This document shows positions 57,643 to 64,000 of a stretch of 64,000 nt of DNA, piece by piece. The notes under the pieces were generated by a model that was given only the letters and a program-made list of their open reading frames with translations, made no database searches and was not told where the DNA came from. Location: contig CM022673.1 in the NCBI GenBank assembly GCA_012295275.1, forward strand, positions 6,944,001 through 7,008,000. Direction: 5' to 3'. Source of the stretch: Chrysomallon squamiferum. Its lineage: Eukaryota > Animalia > Mollusca. Made by a program: the position numbers and the translations under genes. Position 1 is the stretch's first letter. The number at the start of each line of letters is the position of its first letter.

Positions 57643-58358
57643 CAATGTTTTCAGCCTAAATATTTCTACTTTACAAGCAAGTAAATTTGCAGGACTTATA
57701 AACTTTTAGATTCAATATATTATGTTTAAAAGCAAGTTATTGTATGTAAATGATAATATTTTTTCAGTTCATCATTTCTTCTTTATAATCAAGTTATTCT
57801 GTAGCACTGATTAATTCTGATTTTCAAACAAAGTATTTTATAGATTGATAATGTAATTAGTTTCAGTAAGTTTGGTTTACAAGCAAGTAATTCTGTAGGA
57901 CTGATATTATTTTTTAGCTTAATATTGTTAAATTAAAAGCAACTCATTGACTTGGATTTATAACGTATTCAGGTTCAAAGTTTCTTGTTTGAAAGTAAAA
58001 TTGATACTTAAAAAAATAGAATAATAAAAGTCTATCTAGAACAAAAGTCTTTTAATCATTTGTAGACTGAAAATGTATTAGACTTTGGTGTTTGTCAATA
58101 AACTCAGATATACTATTTACTTATTGTTATTTTGTGTTTTTTCCATGCTTTAACATTTGTGTAAGCCGTACACAGAATATGAAAATGGATTAGACTAAAT
58201 GTATTAGACTATACTTTGCTAGAGCTCACAATATCGAATCATTTATCAGTTTTTGGTGCGAAATATTAGTACGTGTCAATAAAACACAGTGTAATATTAA
58301 TAATATTTCATTTTACTTATTTGTATCTTACTTACTTTAAATTAATTAGGATAGTAAT

Positions 58359-58455
<97 letters not shown>

Positions 58456-58991
58456 TATGGTATTAGTATTTTTAATTTCTTATTTATGCGGACGATAAAT
58501 ATTTATAAATTTCCTTTTCTCACATACAAAAGGAGTTATCTCTTTGCACCCTTCAACATGGTTATTGTTGTTCTGAATAAAATGCATTTTAAGCAGGCTA
58601 ATAAATATTAAAGCAATGAAAAATAAAAGAAACGAAAATAATAAAACATTACTAACAACAGCATAATCTGCACCAGAAATAACCCCATTATATTATATAA
58701 AACAAGTACTTCTTCCGTTACGCAGTTTATCTCATAAACATATCTCCATATCTCTTTTTTCTTTTCTTTCTTCAACACTGTTATATACGATCAGTTTCAT
58801 TGGTATGACAGTATGACTCATAAAAAGAGGTGTATTGTTGAAAATACCTTTTCTTATATGAATCACGAAAAGAGTAATGATGAATATTAACAGAAATATT
58901 ATAGTAACAGCATGAAATAAATCAATATATAATTAAGTAAATACATAAATAGATAATTAAATAAATAAATAAGTAAAGAAATAAGATAATT

Positions 58992-59093
58992 TATTAGCGA
59001 ACGCGGACGATACCGCTCAGTATAAAATGTCATGTACCCTTTCTAAATCGTGTGTCTGTACTAGTAAAACAGTGGAAAAGACAACAGTAAAAT
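58992..59093 (+). promoter_or_regulatory. Putative TATA promoter of copy E
   Basis: TTAGCGAACGCGGACGATACCGCTCAG-TATAAAA (59021-59027). Confidence 0.55.

Positions 59094-64000
<4,907 letters not shown>

Overview
AT-rich, microsatellite-rich animal genomic DNA (probably lophotrochozoan/molluscan; inference) holding a head-to-tail tandem array of 17-exon reprolysin (M12B, ADAMTS/MIG-17-like) zinc metalloprotease genes on the + strand. In order: last exon of an upstream copy (0), full-length copy A (2132-16551), collapsed pseudogene B (18115-25420), copy C (27274-39184), copy D (44260 or 46100 to 57642) and the first five exons of copy E (59094 to window end). The protein reconstructed from GT-AG exons is: signal peptide, prodomain with two convertase sites, catalytic domain (HELGHSLGAxHD plus YIM Met-turn), ADAMTS-type Cys-rich domain, two PLAC-like 6-Cys modules, a Thr-rich mucin VNTR, two more PLAC-like modules and a GPI-like tail; no TSP1 repeats. 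Main points of interest: the tail and stop codon are encoded by a 56-bp minisatellite; variation between copies concentrates in a 50-nt micro-exon and active-site loops; duplicated exon-12 acceptors and frameshifts offer routes to truncated secreted forms; copy C is a mosaic; antisense fossil exons of the same family are present; and there are Chapaev3-like and THAP transposon relics. Each full-length copy has at least one frame-disrupting lesion, which could be real or an assembly error.
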